Shown here: positions 1 to 9,112 of the stretch, one piece after another
Numbering within the stretch: the first letter of the stretch is position 1
How the letters are laid out: the number at the start of each line of letters is the position of its first letter
Source: an uncultured Methanoregulaceae archaeon
Lineage (GTDB): Archaea > Halobacteriota > Methanomicrobia > Methanomicrobiales > Methanospirillaceae
NCBI GenBank assembly: GCA_963705255.1
Contig: OY970061.1
Span: 1,120,001 to 1,184,000 of the forward strand
DNA length: 64,000 bases
Direction of reading: 5' to 3'
The notes under the pieces: model-generated
The model's input: only the letters and a program-made list of their open reading frames with translations
Databases searched by the model: none
What the model was told of the DNA's origin: nothing
Position numbers and translations under genes: made by a program

Positions 1-447
1 GCGCTCATCGGGGACCTGAGGTACGGGAGGACGGCGCACTCCCTCGCCTCGGCCCTCTCGTTCTACAACGCACGCCTCCACACCATCTCCCCGAACGGCC
101 TCGAGCTGCCGGCGAACCTGGTCGCGGAACTCCGGGAGAAAGGGATGGAGATCACCGAACACGACGACATCCGGGAGATCATCGGGCTCGTGGACGTCCT
201 CTACGTCACCCGGATCCAGCGCGAGCGGTTCCCGGACTCCGCGTCCTACTTCAACGTGGCCACGAGTTACCGGATCACCCCGGAACTCCTTGCAGACGCG
301 AGAAAACATCTCATAGTCCTCCACCCCCTTCCCCGGGTCGACGAGATCGACCCGAGGGTCGACGACTCCCCCCATGCCCGGTACTTCGAGCAGTCGAAGA
401 ACGGCGTTCCCGTGCGGATGGCGATGCTCATGAGGGTGCTGCAATGA
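1..447 (+). CDS. pyrB: Aspartate carbamoyltransferase catalytic subunit, C-terminal part (5' end outside window)
   Basis: Frame 1 from base 1 reads ALIGDLRYGRTAHSL...YVTRIQRER...LHPLPRVDEI...YFEQSKNGVPVRMA; directly upstream of pyrI. Confidence 0.96.
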   Translation, partial: ALIGDLRYGRTAHSLASALSFYNARLHTISPNGLELPANLVAELREKGMEITEHDDIREIIGLVDVLYVTRIQRERFPDSASYFNVATSYRITPELLADARKHLIVLHPLPRVDEIDPRVDDSPHARYFEQSKNGVPVRMAMLMRVLQ

Positions 448-917
448 AAAATGCCGATTCTGCAGACAACGAGGGGCTCCTCGTGCGGCGGATCAAGAAC
501 GGGACGGTGATCGACCATATCGACGGGGGCGAGGCGCTCAACGTCGTCAAGATCCTCGGCATCACCGGGACCACGCAGGAAGCGCTCTCGATCGCCACCA
601 ACGTCCAGAGCAGGCATATGGGGCGCAAGGACATCGTCAAGCTCACCAACCGCGAGCTCTCGAAGGAGGAGGTGGACCGCATCGCCCTCATCTCGCCCCG
701 GGCTACCATCAACATCATCCGGAACTTCAGGGTCTTCGAGAAGAAGGGCGTCGAGATCCCGACCCTGATCGAAGGCATCGTCCGCTGCCCGAACCCCGGC
801 TGCATCTCCAACACCAACGAGCCGATCACGAGCAAGTTCGACGTCCTCCCAAAAGGGCTCCACTGCCGCTACTGCGACTGGGTCATCACCAAGGACCTGA
901 CGAGCCATATTCTGTGA
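444..917 (+). CDS. pyrI: Aspartate carbamoyltransferase regulatory subunit
   Basis: IKNGTVIDHI motif and Zn-binding CPNPGC...CRYC; ATGA overlap with pyrB. Confidence 0.96.
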   Translation: MKNADSADNEGLLVRRIKNGTVIDHIDGGEALNVVKILGITGTTQEALSIATNVQSRHMGRKDIVKLTNRELSKEEVDRIALISPRATINIIRNFRVFEKKGVEIPTLIEGIVRCPNPGCISNTNEPITSKFDVLPKGLHCRYCDWVITKDLTSHIL

Positions 918-1103
918 TCGAACGCATGGCAAGAACGAGGGCTTGCTTCCTTATTGGATTTTTTAAAAAACTCAAAGTAAAAGTCACAAAATTTTGTCTT
1001 TTTTACATCAGCGTCAGAAAGAGCGCATATCAATGTTACTTTTCATTTTTAAGAAAGTCCAAGTCTCGCTAGGGCGTACCACTTTTCAAGTCCTAATCTC
1101 TTC

Positions 1104-2061
1104 TCAAGTGTTTTTCATTTCAGGAATCCTGTGTTTAATTCGCGCCACCTCAGCGATTATAAGATACATTTGGATAATCGTTAGGCGCGCCTCCTCTTTA
1201 GTAACATTATCATGAACGCCCTTTTGGGATTCATTATTCAATGCGTCCAATCTCAGCTCTCAAATGTTCAAGATCAGTGGTGATTAAAGACGAGTATGTT
1301 TTTTGTGTTGTATTTTGTTCAATAAAGGCAAGGATACGGTTGATGTAATTATTTGGCCCTACATCTCGTTGTTTTCCATTCACACTAATATATGGTGTTT
1401 TTTGAGCTGGAAAAATCGAATCAGCAACCGATTCGAGAATTCGACGACACGACAGTAGTGCTTGGGAATATGCTTCTTGATTATTCTCCTTTAGTCTGTC
1501 ATTAATAGCCAGTAATTTTTCCGTTGTATCCTTTGAACAAGTTTCATTGATGAAATTATCTACCGTAATTCTTGCTTCTTGAAAAATATCATTTGCAATA
1601 TCCCCAATTGAGAGAGAGATGAAAACACCTGTAACATAATTATGCAATGCGGACTTTTCTAGTTGATAATAATGTATTACTGAACGAAGTAAACTCGATG
1701 CTGCAATAAATTCATTACCAGTTTTATCTGTATGAATAAAAGAGTTAATTGAAAAATCGTTCTTAAAAGATTCAACGAACGGTAGGGAACACGAATATTG
1801 TTTCTTTTCATTTTCGGCAAAGGTGTAAGTGTAACTGTAATACTTTTCGTATTTACCTAATTGTTTTTTATCAAATTTTATAGGATAACCATTTAGTAAA
1901 TAGTAAAGCCATATTTGAGCATCAGTATCATGCAATATTCGGGCCAATCTCGTTGTTTTGAATAATACCTGTGAAATGGGAAGATTATTGATTTCTATGT
2001 CATCAAGAATTTCTTTGGCTAATTGTTTTGCTTGCGCAGTGGTTGATAAATTATTAGTCAT
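1104..2061 (-). CDS. AbiTii-domain protein, putative abortive-infection/defence effector; one frameshift near 1258
   Basis: AT-rich ORF 1234-2061; N-terminus EILDDIE..PISQVLFKTTRLARIL.D...IWL...LNGY resembles the AbiTii domain; a shifted frame continues RLDALNNESQKGVHDNVTKEEARLTIIQMYLIIAEVARIK...KNT to a stop at 1104. Confidence 0.6.
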
Positions 2062-2385
2062 TTAAAAAGTCCTATCAATTAAAAGAAGATAATTCTTTCT
2101 TCATGGTAATTAGAATGTTGAAAATCTTAATTACAAGTCTTTCTCATTTATTAAAACCGGCTTTTTAAAGAAACTCCCCCCATCCCCCCCTTCCCCGGGA
2201 ACGGGTGGCACCGCAACACCCGTTTGACGTGCGGGGGGTTCCATTTTCTCCCCCGCCCGACCGACTGACTGCCGGTGGCGGCAGTCGGGAGGGGAGGGGG
2301 CCGGGGGGGCGTCCCTCTCGCTGAAGACACTTCTATAACGAGAAAAGACAGAAGTCCTGCAAACAGGATGACCCCTGCGGTTTGT

Positions 2386-2856
2386 TCATTTCAGCACATG
2401 CCCGTGCACGTCGATCTCCCCCCGGTAGATGCGGGTGCTCGAGATCCAGCGCCCGTCGTCTGCCAGCACGCAGCTGATCTGGTGGATGTCCACTTTCTTC
2501 CTCCCGTTCTCGCGCCGGTGCCGGTTGATCTCGACCGCGACCGGGAGGGTCTCCTCGGAGACGACGATGGCGTCGAAATCGGCATCGATGGCAGAACCGA
2601 ACCGGTCGTTCAGGGGCTCAATTGTCCAGGGAGCCGCAAATTTTTTCTTGCGAATGTTTTCGCGTATGAACTCCTCGAGTTCTGATTTCCGGGTGGCAAA
2701 CGGGCGGATGGGATGTACTTTGCCGCTCGCAAAGGAGTCCGTAGTCAGGCCGATGACAACCCTGCCGGAGGGCCCGGCGATCTCGAAGGACCGCCCGAGA
2801 AGGCTCTTGTGCCCGTCATGAAGGGGGTCGAAGGTGCCCCCTACCATAACCTTCAT
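2386..2856 (-). CDS. coaD: Phosphopantetheine adenylyltransferase (archaeal type)
   Basis: VGGTFDPLHDGH (HxGH), AIVVSEET, ISSTRI motifs. Confidence 0.92.
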   Translation of the reverse strand: MKVMVGGTFDPLHDGHKSLLGRSFEIAGPSGRVVIGLTTDSFASGKVHPIRPFATRKSELEEFIRENIRKKKFAAPWTIEPLNDRFGSAIDADFDAIVVSEETLPVAVEINRHRRENGRKKVDIHQISCVLADDGRWISSTRIYRGEIDVHGHVLK

Positions 2857-2892
2857 ACTCTTTGGTTCTTAATTTCCTATGTTATTATGCAT

Positions 2893-3384
2893 ATGGATGC
2901 AAAGGTCTCCGGCGAGCCGTTGTTCAGGGCGGGCAATGCGACCGTGATCGGCGACGTCACGCTCGGCAGCCAGGTGGGGATCTGGTTCGGGGCGGTCGTC
3001 CGGGCGGACAAGGACCGGATCGTGATAGGGAACCGTTCGAACATCCAGGACAACTGCGTGGTGCATACGAGCAGAGGCCACCCGGTGCTGATGGGGAGCG
3101 ACGTCTCGGTCGGCCACGGGGCGATCCTCCATGGCTGCACCATCGGCGACCGGGTGCTCGTCGGCATGGGCGCGATCGTCCTCAACGGCGCACGGATCGG
3201 CAGCGGATCGGTGATCGGTGCCGGTGCGGTGGTAACAGAAGGTACGGATGTCCCGGAAGGGTCCGTGGTTGTCGGGGTACCGGGCAAGATCATCAAGAAG
3301 GCAAGCGACGCCCAGCTGCAGCAGATCCTTGCCAATGCCGCTTCCTACATTGAACTTGCTCAGGAGTATGCCCGGCATGGGTGA
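2893..3384 (+). CDS. Gamma-carbonic anhydrase family hexapeptide-repeat protein
   Basis: IWFGAVVRAD, SNIQDNCVVH, VSVGHGAILHGC with His ligands; start ATG 2893 (or 2887). Confidence 0.9.
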   Translation: MDAKVSGEPLFRAGNATVIGDVTLGSQVGIWFGAVVRADKDRIVIGNRSNIQDNCVVHTSRGHPVLMGSDVSVGHGAILHGCTIGDRVLVGMGAIVLNGARIGSGSVIGAGAVVTEGTDVPEGSVVVGVPGKIIKKASDAQLQQILANAASYIELAQEYARHG

Positions 3385-4657
3385 CGTGGTCGTCATCGGG
3401 GCTGGTATTGCCGGGATCCAGGCAGCGCTCGATATCGCGGGCCACGGCATCCGCGTCCACCTCATCGAGCGGGAGCCCAGCATCGGCGGGCACATGGCGC
3501 AGCTGGACAAGACCTTCCCCACCAATGACTGTTCGATGTGCATCCTCTCGCCCAAGATGGTAGACGTGTCCCGCCACCCGCTCATCACCATCCACACCTG
3601 CACGGACGTGGAGAAGATCGAAGGCGAAGCAGGGCATTTCCGGGTCACGGCAAAGAAACACCCGCGCTATGTCGACGAGTCGTCCTGCACCGGCTGCGGC
3701 GACTGTATCGAGGTCTGTCCGGTGGAGGTCTACAACCGGTTCGATGCCGGGATTGGGGTGCGGAAGGCGATCTACAAGCCCCACCCGCAGGCCGTCCCCG
3801 ACATCGTCATCCGGGACAACGAGCACTGCATCGAGTGCGGGCTCTGCTATGACGTATGCGGCCCGGGCTCGATCCGGCACGAGGAGGACGAGAAGGAGAT
3901 CGTCCTCGACGCGGCAAGTATCGTCCTCACGACCGGCTACACCGTCTTCGACGCCCGGGGCAAGCCCCAACTCGGGCACCTCCTCCTGCCGGACGTCATC
4001 ACGAGCCTCGAACTCGAGCGGATGATCAATGCCGGGGGTCCCACGGGGGGAAAGCTGCTGAAACTGTCCGATGGTCAGGCACCGAAGAGCGTCCTCTTCG
4101 TCCAGTGCGTAGGCTCGCGTGACATGACCGCCGCCCGCCCGTACTGTTCCTGCGTCTGCTGCATGCAGGCCATCAAGAACGCCATCCTGATCCGGGAGAA
4201 GCATGCGGATATTGACGTGACCATCTGCTACATGGACATCCGCTCCTATGGCAAAGGCTACGAGGAGTATTACGAGCGGGCAAAAGCGCTCGGGGTGAAG
4301 TTCCTCCGCGGCATGCCCTCGGACATCCTTGCCGACCGGGACGGGATGGTGGTGCAGGTCGAGAACTCCGAGACCTCTGAACTGCTGGTCCTCCATCCCG
4401 GCCTCGTTGTCCTCTCGGTCGGCATGGGCCCTGCGGAGGATATGGGCCGGCTCGCGGAGCGGTGCGGCCTCGTCCTCGAGGATACGGGATTTGTCAGGCC
4501 GGTCCATGATGCGGTGGACACGGTCGCTACCCTGCGCCCGGGTATTTACGTTGCCGGAACTGCCGCAGCGCCCAAAGACATCCCCGACAGCGTAGCTTCA
4601 GGAGGGTCTGCAGCCATGCGGGCCTACATCGATGCGATCAGGACGCGGACGGCATGA
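3377..4657 (+). CDS. hdrA: Short HdrA-like flavoprotein (heterodisulfide reductase subunit A family)
   Basis: VVVIGAGIAG FAD motif, LDKTFPTNDCSMCI, ferredoxin CTGCGDCIEVCP and CIECGLCYDVC, QCVGSRD...YCSCVCCM, PKDIPDSV. Confidence 0.88.
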   Translation: MGDVVVIGAGIAGIQAALDIAGHGIRVHLIEREPSIGGHMAQLDKTFPTNDCSMCILSPKMVDVSRHPLITIHTCTDVEKIEGEAGHFRVTAKKHPRYVDESSCTGCGDCIEVCPVEVYNRFDAGIGVRKAIYKPHPQAVPDIVIRDNEHCIECGLCYDVCGPGSIRHEEDEKEIVLDAASIVLTTGYTVFDARGKPQLGHLLLPDVITSLELERMINAGGPTGGKLLKLSDGQAPKSVLFVQCVGSRDMTAARPYCSCVCCMQAIKNAILIREKHADIDVTICYMDIRSYGKGYEEYYERAKALGVKFLRGMPSDILADRDGMVVQVENSETSELLVLHPGLVVLSVGMGPAEDMGRLAERCGLVLEDTGFVRPVHDAVDTVATLRPGIYVAGTAAAPKDIPDSVASGGSAAMRAYIDAIRTRTA

Positions 4658-5697
4658 ACGATTCAGCCACGCTCTGGTGGGACACCCCCGCCGGCTGCAT
4701 CCGCTATATCGAGCAGACGCTCCTCCCGGGCGAGTACCGGATCATCGAGTGCAGGACCATCGGACGGCTGGCGGAGGCGATCCGCAGGCTGGAGATCCGC
4801 GGGGCGCCCGCCCTCGGCGTCGCGGGGGGCTACGGGGTTGCCCTCGCGGCGGCCACCGCGGATGACGGGACCCGTGAGCGGTTCATGGAAGAGGTCGAAA
4901 GGGCAGCCGGGGTCCTCAGGGCTACCCGCCCGACCGCCATCAACCTCGGGTGGGGGATCGACCGGGTGCTCTCGGCGATCTCCCGGGCGCCGGATACCGC
5001 CTCGGCAAAGGAGATCGCCCTCGCCGAAGCAGAGGCGATCGCCCGCGAAGACACCGCCTGCTGCCACGCCATCGGGGAGCACGGCGCCCGCCTCCTCCCG
5101 GACTCCTGCACGGTCCTCACCCATTGCAATGCCGGGGCATTGGCCTGTTCGTCGTGGGGGACGGCACTCGGCGTGATCCGGTCCGCCGTGAACGCGGGAA
5201 AGGACGTGAAGGTCATCGCCTGCGAGACCCGCCCGCTCCTGCAGGGGGCCCGTCTCACCGCGTGGGAACTCGTGCGGGACGGGATCGACGTGACCGTCAT
5301 CACGGACTCCACAGCCGCGTACCTGATGCAGGCGGGTGCGATCGATGCGGTCATCGTCGGGGCGGACCGGATCACCTGCGACGCGGTCTTCAACAAGATC
5401 GGCACCTACATGCACGCGGTCTGCGCCAGGTACCACAACATCCCGTTCTATGTCGCGGCCCCGTACTCCACCTTCGATCCGGAAAATACCGCCCGTGACG
5501 TCACTATCGAGCAGCGGGGCAGGGAAGAGCTGAGCGTGATGGGCAACCGCACCTTTATCCCGCCGGGCGCACAAGTGAAGAACTATGCCTTCGATGCCAC
5601 CCCCATGGAGCTGGTATCGGCAGTGATCACCGAACAGGGTGTCCTCTACCCGCCCATCGATCCCGGGTCAGTGACAGCCCCGAAGCAGAGACTATAA
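4654..5697 (+). CDS. mtnA: S-methyl-5-thioribose-1-phosphate isomerase (eIF-2B-like family)
   Basis: IRGAPALG, TRPTAINL, LTHCNAGALA, ETRPLLQGARLT, GADRI, NKIGTY motifs. Confidence 0.9.
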   Translation: MNDSATLWWDTPAGCIRYIEQTLLPGEYRIIECRTIGRLAEAIRRLEIRGAPALGVAGGYGVALAAATADDGTRERFMEEVERAAGVLRATRPTAINLGWGIDRVLSAISRAPDTASAKEIALAEAEAIAREDTACCHAIGEHGARLLPDSCTVLTHCNAGALACSSWGTALGVIRSAVNAGKDVKVIACETRPLLQGARLTAWELVRDGIDVTVITDSTAAYLMQAGAIDAVIVGADRITCDAVFNKIGTYMHAVCARYHNIPFYVAAPYSTFDPENTARDVTIEQRGREELSVMGNRTFIPPGAQVKNYAFDATPMELVSAVITEQGVLYPPIDPGSVTAPKQRL

Positions 5698-5720
5698 CCT
5701 GCAGCAGCAGGCCCACGCCA

Positions 5721-6422
5721 ATGGATCTCGATTTCCTGACCTGGAACTCCCTGATGTATGGCATCGGCGAGATGACCCTCATCATCGTACTCGGAGCTCT
5801 GGCTGCAGCGTTCGTGCTCGTGGTCATCTCGATCTACTCCATCCGGAAAGGAAGGCTCTACTTCCCCCGGCTGATCAGGTCGGGGCTTGTCTTCCTCGAA
5901 GGCCTGATGAAGGCGTTCTTCCGGCTCCTCGGGCTTGAGGACCGCGAGATGCTCACCTTCTTAATCAAACTCCACAACACGATGAACTCCTCAGAGTTCG
6001 AGCGCGTCCCGGTCTCGGAGCGGGCGATTTTCATGCCGCAGTGCCTCCGTTCGTCCCGCTGCCCTGCCCACCTCACGCCGGAAGGGCTCAAGTGCCAGGG
6101 CTGCGGGCAGTGCGAGGTCAGCGATGCCCGGGTCCTTCTCGAAAAGATGGGTTACCGGATCTTCCTCGTCCCCGGGTCATCCTTCATCAAGCGGATGGTG
6201 AAGAAGTACCGCCCCAGGGCCATTCTCGGCATCGGGTGCCTTGCCGAGGTGAAGGAGGGCATCGACATGGCCGACAAGATGGGGCTCGTGGTCATGGGGG
6301 TGGTGACGCTGAGAGAGGGATGCGTGGAAACGGTTGCCAACTGGGCGGATATCTACGACGTGGCAGTCCTCGGGATCGACCCCGCCTCAATTCCCGAGGA
6401 CCTTCATATTCTTGCCGGTTAA
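5721..6422 (+). CDS. DUF116 domain membrane protein
   Basis: N-terminal TM; PQCLRSSRCPA...C.GCG.C and VPGSSFIKR, GIGCL.EV.EG motifs. Confidence 0.8.
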   Translation: MDLDFLTWNSLMYGIGEMTLIIVLGALAAAFVLVVISIYSIRKGRLYFPRLIRSGLVFLEGLMKAFFRLLGLEDREMLTFLIKLHNTMNSSEFERVPVSERAIFMPQCLRSSRCPAHLTPEGLKCQGCGQCEVSDARVLLEKMGYRIFLVPGSSFIKRMVKKYRPRAILGIGCLAEVKEGIDMADKMGLVVMGVVTLREGCVETVANWADIYDVAVLGIDPASIPEDLHILAG

Positions 6423-6799
6423 TTTCCCGCTCTTTATCCTGCCGTGGACGAAGATCGTCTCCGCGCTCATCACATCGCCAACGGTCACGCCCGGGCGGAG
6501 GATGACCTTCCCGCCTGCCTGGATGGAATGGACGACCGCGTGGTCCAGGACGGTGACATCCCCGTGGGCGACCAGCGGGCCCTTGACCCTGCACTGGCTG
6601 CCGATGATGGCGCTCCAGCAGGCAATATCGAGGGCTACGCTCGAGCGGGTGCGAGCTCGAGGTTGCCGCTCACGCTCAGCCTCCCCCAGAAATGCGTGTG
6701 GGCGGGGACGATGAAGTCCCCGTCGATCCTGACATTCCCCTCAAAGTAAGAACCTTTTTGTGCAAAATAGGTGTTTCCCTTCTGGAGTATGGTAGGCAT
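6387..6799 (-). CDS. Bactofilin-like / polymer-forming cytoskeletal protein; 1-nt frameshift near 6647; absent from the ORF track
   Basis: Joining two frames gives MPTILQKGNTYFAQKGSYFEGNVRIDGDFIVPAHTHFWGRLSVSGNLELAPRSSVALDIACWSAIIGSQCRVKGPLVAHGDVTVLDHAVVHSIQAGGKVILRPGVTVGDVMSAETIFVHGRIKSGKLTGKNMKVLGN, a beta-helix pattern of repeated V/I-x-G. Confidence 0.72.
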
Positions 6800-6854
6800 T
6801 GCACTCTCAGGGTAACTGTGGTACGATCAGGGGATAAACCTGTTGCTCGGTTTT

Positions 6855-7706
6855 TTAAATCGTCCCCCGGAGGAACACCGCTGAGAGGGTGAAGATGATC
6901 AGCGACGCGAACATCCCCGCCTTCAGGAACGCGGAAGCGCCCGAGGCCTTCACGCAAGCCGGGGTATCGCAGTTAAAGGACAGGTACACTGATCCGATAA
7001 CGATTATATCGACGACGAGTATCCCGGCAAGGTACCAGACCCCCCACCAGAAGGAGGGCACGACACTGGCAGCAACGGCAAGCAGGGCAAATACCAGCGC
7101 AATCCGTGCGGTCTTCCGGACACCGATCCTGATCGGGAGCGTGGATGCCCCGCCCGCAGCGTCGCCTTCCACGTCCTCCGCATCCTTGAGGAGTTCGCGG
7201 GAGGTCATGGCAAGGAATGTCATGATGGCGATGGGCATCATGTGGACGAGCCCGGGAAGCCCGGCCAGTGCTCCCCCGAAGAGGAACATACTGGCGGACA
7301 GGTAGGCGACGGTGAGGTTCCCGGCCAGCGGGGTGCTCTTGAGACGGGCAGCGTACCCGACAAGCAGGAGCGAGTTGAAGACCGCGATCCCAATACAAAG
7401 GGGTGTCGAGAAGAAGCTGACTGCGATGCCGGTAAAGAACAGGACGACGGAAAACCTGAGGGCGGCTCCCCGGGTCACGGTGCCGGAGGGGATGGGCCGG
7501 TCCTGCCGGTTGACCGCATCGATATCCGCATCATAATAGTCGTTGATCACGTTACCGGCAGCCGTGATCAGGGCGACGATGGCAAAGAGGAGGAGTACTG
7601 CAGGGACGACCGTGCCTGTCGCGATGAGGTAAGCGACGATTGCAGCAAGACCCGCAACCAGCGAGTTCGCCGGGCGGCAGATCCGGAAAAATCCTGCAAG
7701 GCTCAT
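6855..7706 (-). CDS. Digeranylgeranylglyceryl phosphate synthase (UbiA prenyltransferase)
   Basis: GNVINDYYDADIDAVNRQDRPIPSG and SRELLKDAEDVEGD Asp-rich motifs; multi-TM. Confidence 0.9.
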   Translation of the reverse strand: MSLAGFFRICRPANSLVAGLAAIVAYLIATGTVVPAVLLLFAIVALITAAGNVINDYYDADIDAVNRQDRPIPSGTVTRGAALRFSVVLFFTGIAVSFFSTPLCIGIAVFNSLLLVGYAARLKSTPLAGNLTVAYLSASMFLFGGALAGLPGLVHMMPIAIMTFLAMTSRELLKDAEDVEGDAAGGASTLPIRIGVRKTARIALVFALLAVAASVVPSFWWGVWYLAGILVVDIIVIGSVYLSFNCDTPACVKASGASAFLKAGMFASLIIFTLSAVFLRGTI

Positions 7707-7771
7707 TGGGTACGGATCTGACCGGATAGGTATTAAACTGCGCGAAGATCCGGTACCGAAAAAACAGACGA

Positions 7772-7846
7772 CGGGCGAGGGGGGATTTGAACCCCCGGCA
7801 TTCAGCTTAGGAGGCTGACGCTATGTCCGGGCTAAGCCACTCGCCC
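7772..7846 (-). tRNA. tRNA-Arg (CCT)
   Basis: Reverse strand GGGCGAG...TCAGC-CT-CCT-AA-GCTGA...GGTTCAAATCC...CTCGCCC-G; cloverleaf, no intron, no encoded CCA. Confidence 0.96.
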
Positions 7847-7907
7847 TGCCCATATCCATTGCGGGGGAATATGTATAAGTTTTGCGCGGTGGAACATCTC
7901 TGGCACC

Positions 7908-9026
7908 ATGGATCTCGTGGAGGTGACGGAGGGGAAGACAACGTTTCTCGTCCCGGTACAGGACGACACGTCCCGGTTCCCTCCCGGTTCGGCCCCGATC
8001 TTTTTCAACCGCCGGATGGAGCTGAACCGCGACGCAACGATACTCCTCCTCCCGTTGCTGGAACCCTCAGACTACCTCGACGCGATGGGGGCTACCGGAG
8101 TCCGGGGCCTGCGGGTGGCACGCGAGTGCGGAATCCCCGTCACGATCAGCGAGCGGGACCCGTCCGCCATCGACCTGATCACCCGCAATGCCACCCGGGC
8201 AGGCCTGCCCGTTACGGTCATCCACCGGGACGCAAACGCCCTGCTCTCGGAGCAGTCGTTCGATGCGGTGGACCTCGACCCGTTTGGCACGCCGGCACCC
8301 TTCATCGACGCCGGGATACGGGGCACCCGCAGGTTCCTCTTCGTCACGGCAACGGATACTGCACCGTTGTGCGGGGCCCACCTGAAAGCAGGTATCCGCA
8401 GGTACGATGCCCTCCCGATGAACACCGAGTACCACAGCGAAGTCGGGCTCCGCGTCCTGCTCGGGTTTGTCGTCCGGGAAACCGCACGCTATGACCGGGG
8501 CGTAGAGCCGCTCTTCTGCTATGCCAAGGAGCATTTTTTCCGGCTCCATCTCCGCCTCCTCCGGGGGACGAAAGCGGCGGATGCAGGCGTACAGAACCTC
8601 GGGTTTGTCCACCAGTGCCGGAAGTGCCCGTACCGCGAGGAGGAGAGATCCATGTTCCCCTCATCCCTGACCTGCCCGCATTGCGGGGCGAGTCTCCAGC
8701 CGATCGGCCCCCTCTGGCTCGGCAGTCTCCGGAACAAGGAAATCGTTGAAGCGATGATCGCGAGGCTCGGAGGCATGGAGCTCGGGTCCGGAAAGGAACT
8801 GGCAAAACTGCTCGAACTCTGCCGGGACGAACTGCCGGCTTCCAGCCACTATGACTACCACGTGCTGGCAAAACTGCTGGGCTGCTCTCCCCCGGATATC
8901 ATGACGGTCCTCGAGCGGATCCGGACGGAAGGCTATCCGGCAACCCGCACGCATTTCTCCGGCTACGGGATAAAGACCGAAGCCCCGCTTTCAATAATCT
9001 ATGACGCTCTCCGCACACGTCAGTGA
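7908..9026 (+). CDS. trm1: tRNA (guanine-26-N2)-dimethyltransferase
   Basis: FFNRRMELNRD, DAMGATGVRGLR, VDLDPFGTP, VTATDTA, Zn ribbon, GPLWLG, RTHF motifs. Confidence 0.94.
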   Translation: MDLVEVTEGKTTFLVPVQDDTSRFPPGSAPIFFNRRMELNRDATILLLPLLEPSDYLDAMGATGVRGLRVARECGIPVTISERDPSAIDLITRNATRAGLPVTVIHRDANALLSEQSFDAVDLDPFGTPAPFIDAGIRGTRRFLFVTATDTAPLCGAHLKAGIRRYDALPMNTEYHSEVGLRVLLGFVVRETARYDRGVEPLFCYAKEHFFRLHLRLLRGTKAADAGVQNLGFVHQCRKCPYREEERSMFPSSLTCPHCGASLQPIGPLWLGSLRNKEIVEAMIARLGGMELGSGKELAKLLELCRDELPASSHYDYHVLAKLLGCSPPDIMTVLERIRTEGYPATRTHFSGYGIKTEAPLSIIYDALRTRQ

Positions 9027-9112
9027 TTTCCTGCCAGCCCGTCCGGTGGACATCGGAGGAGAAAATAGTTTGCCTGCCGGTTTTTAAAAAGGAATAAAAA
9101 TCGCAACGAGAC

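Noticed and set aside
3377-4657. Selenocysteine or pyrrolysine recoding in HdrA or other genes
   Set aside because: No in-frame TGA or TAG at conserved positions; the interruptions seen are frame changes, not stop read-through.
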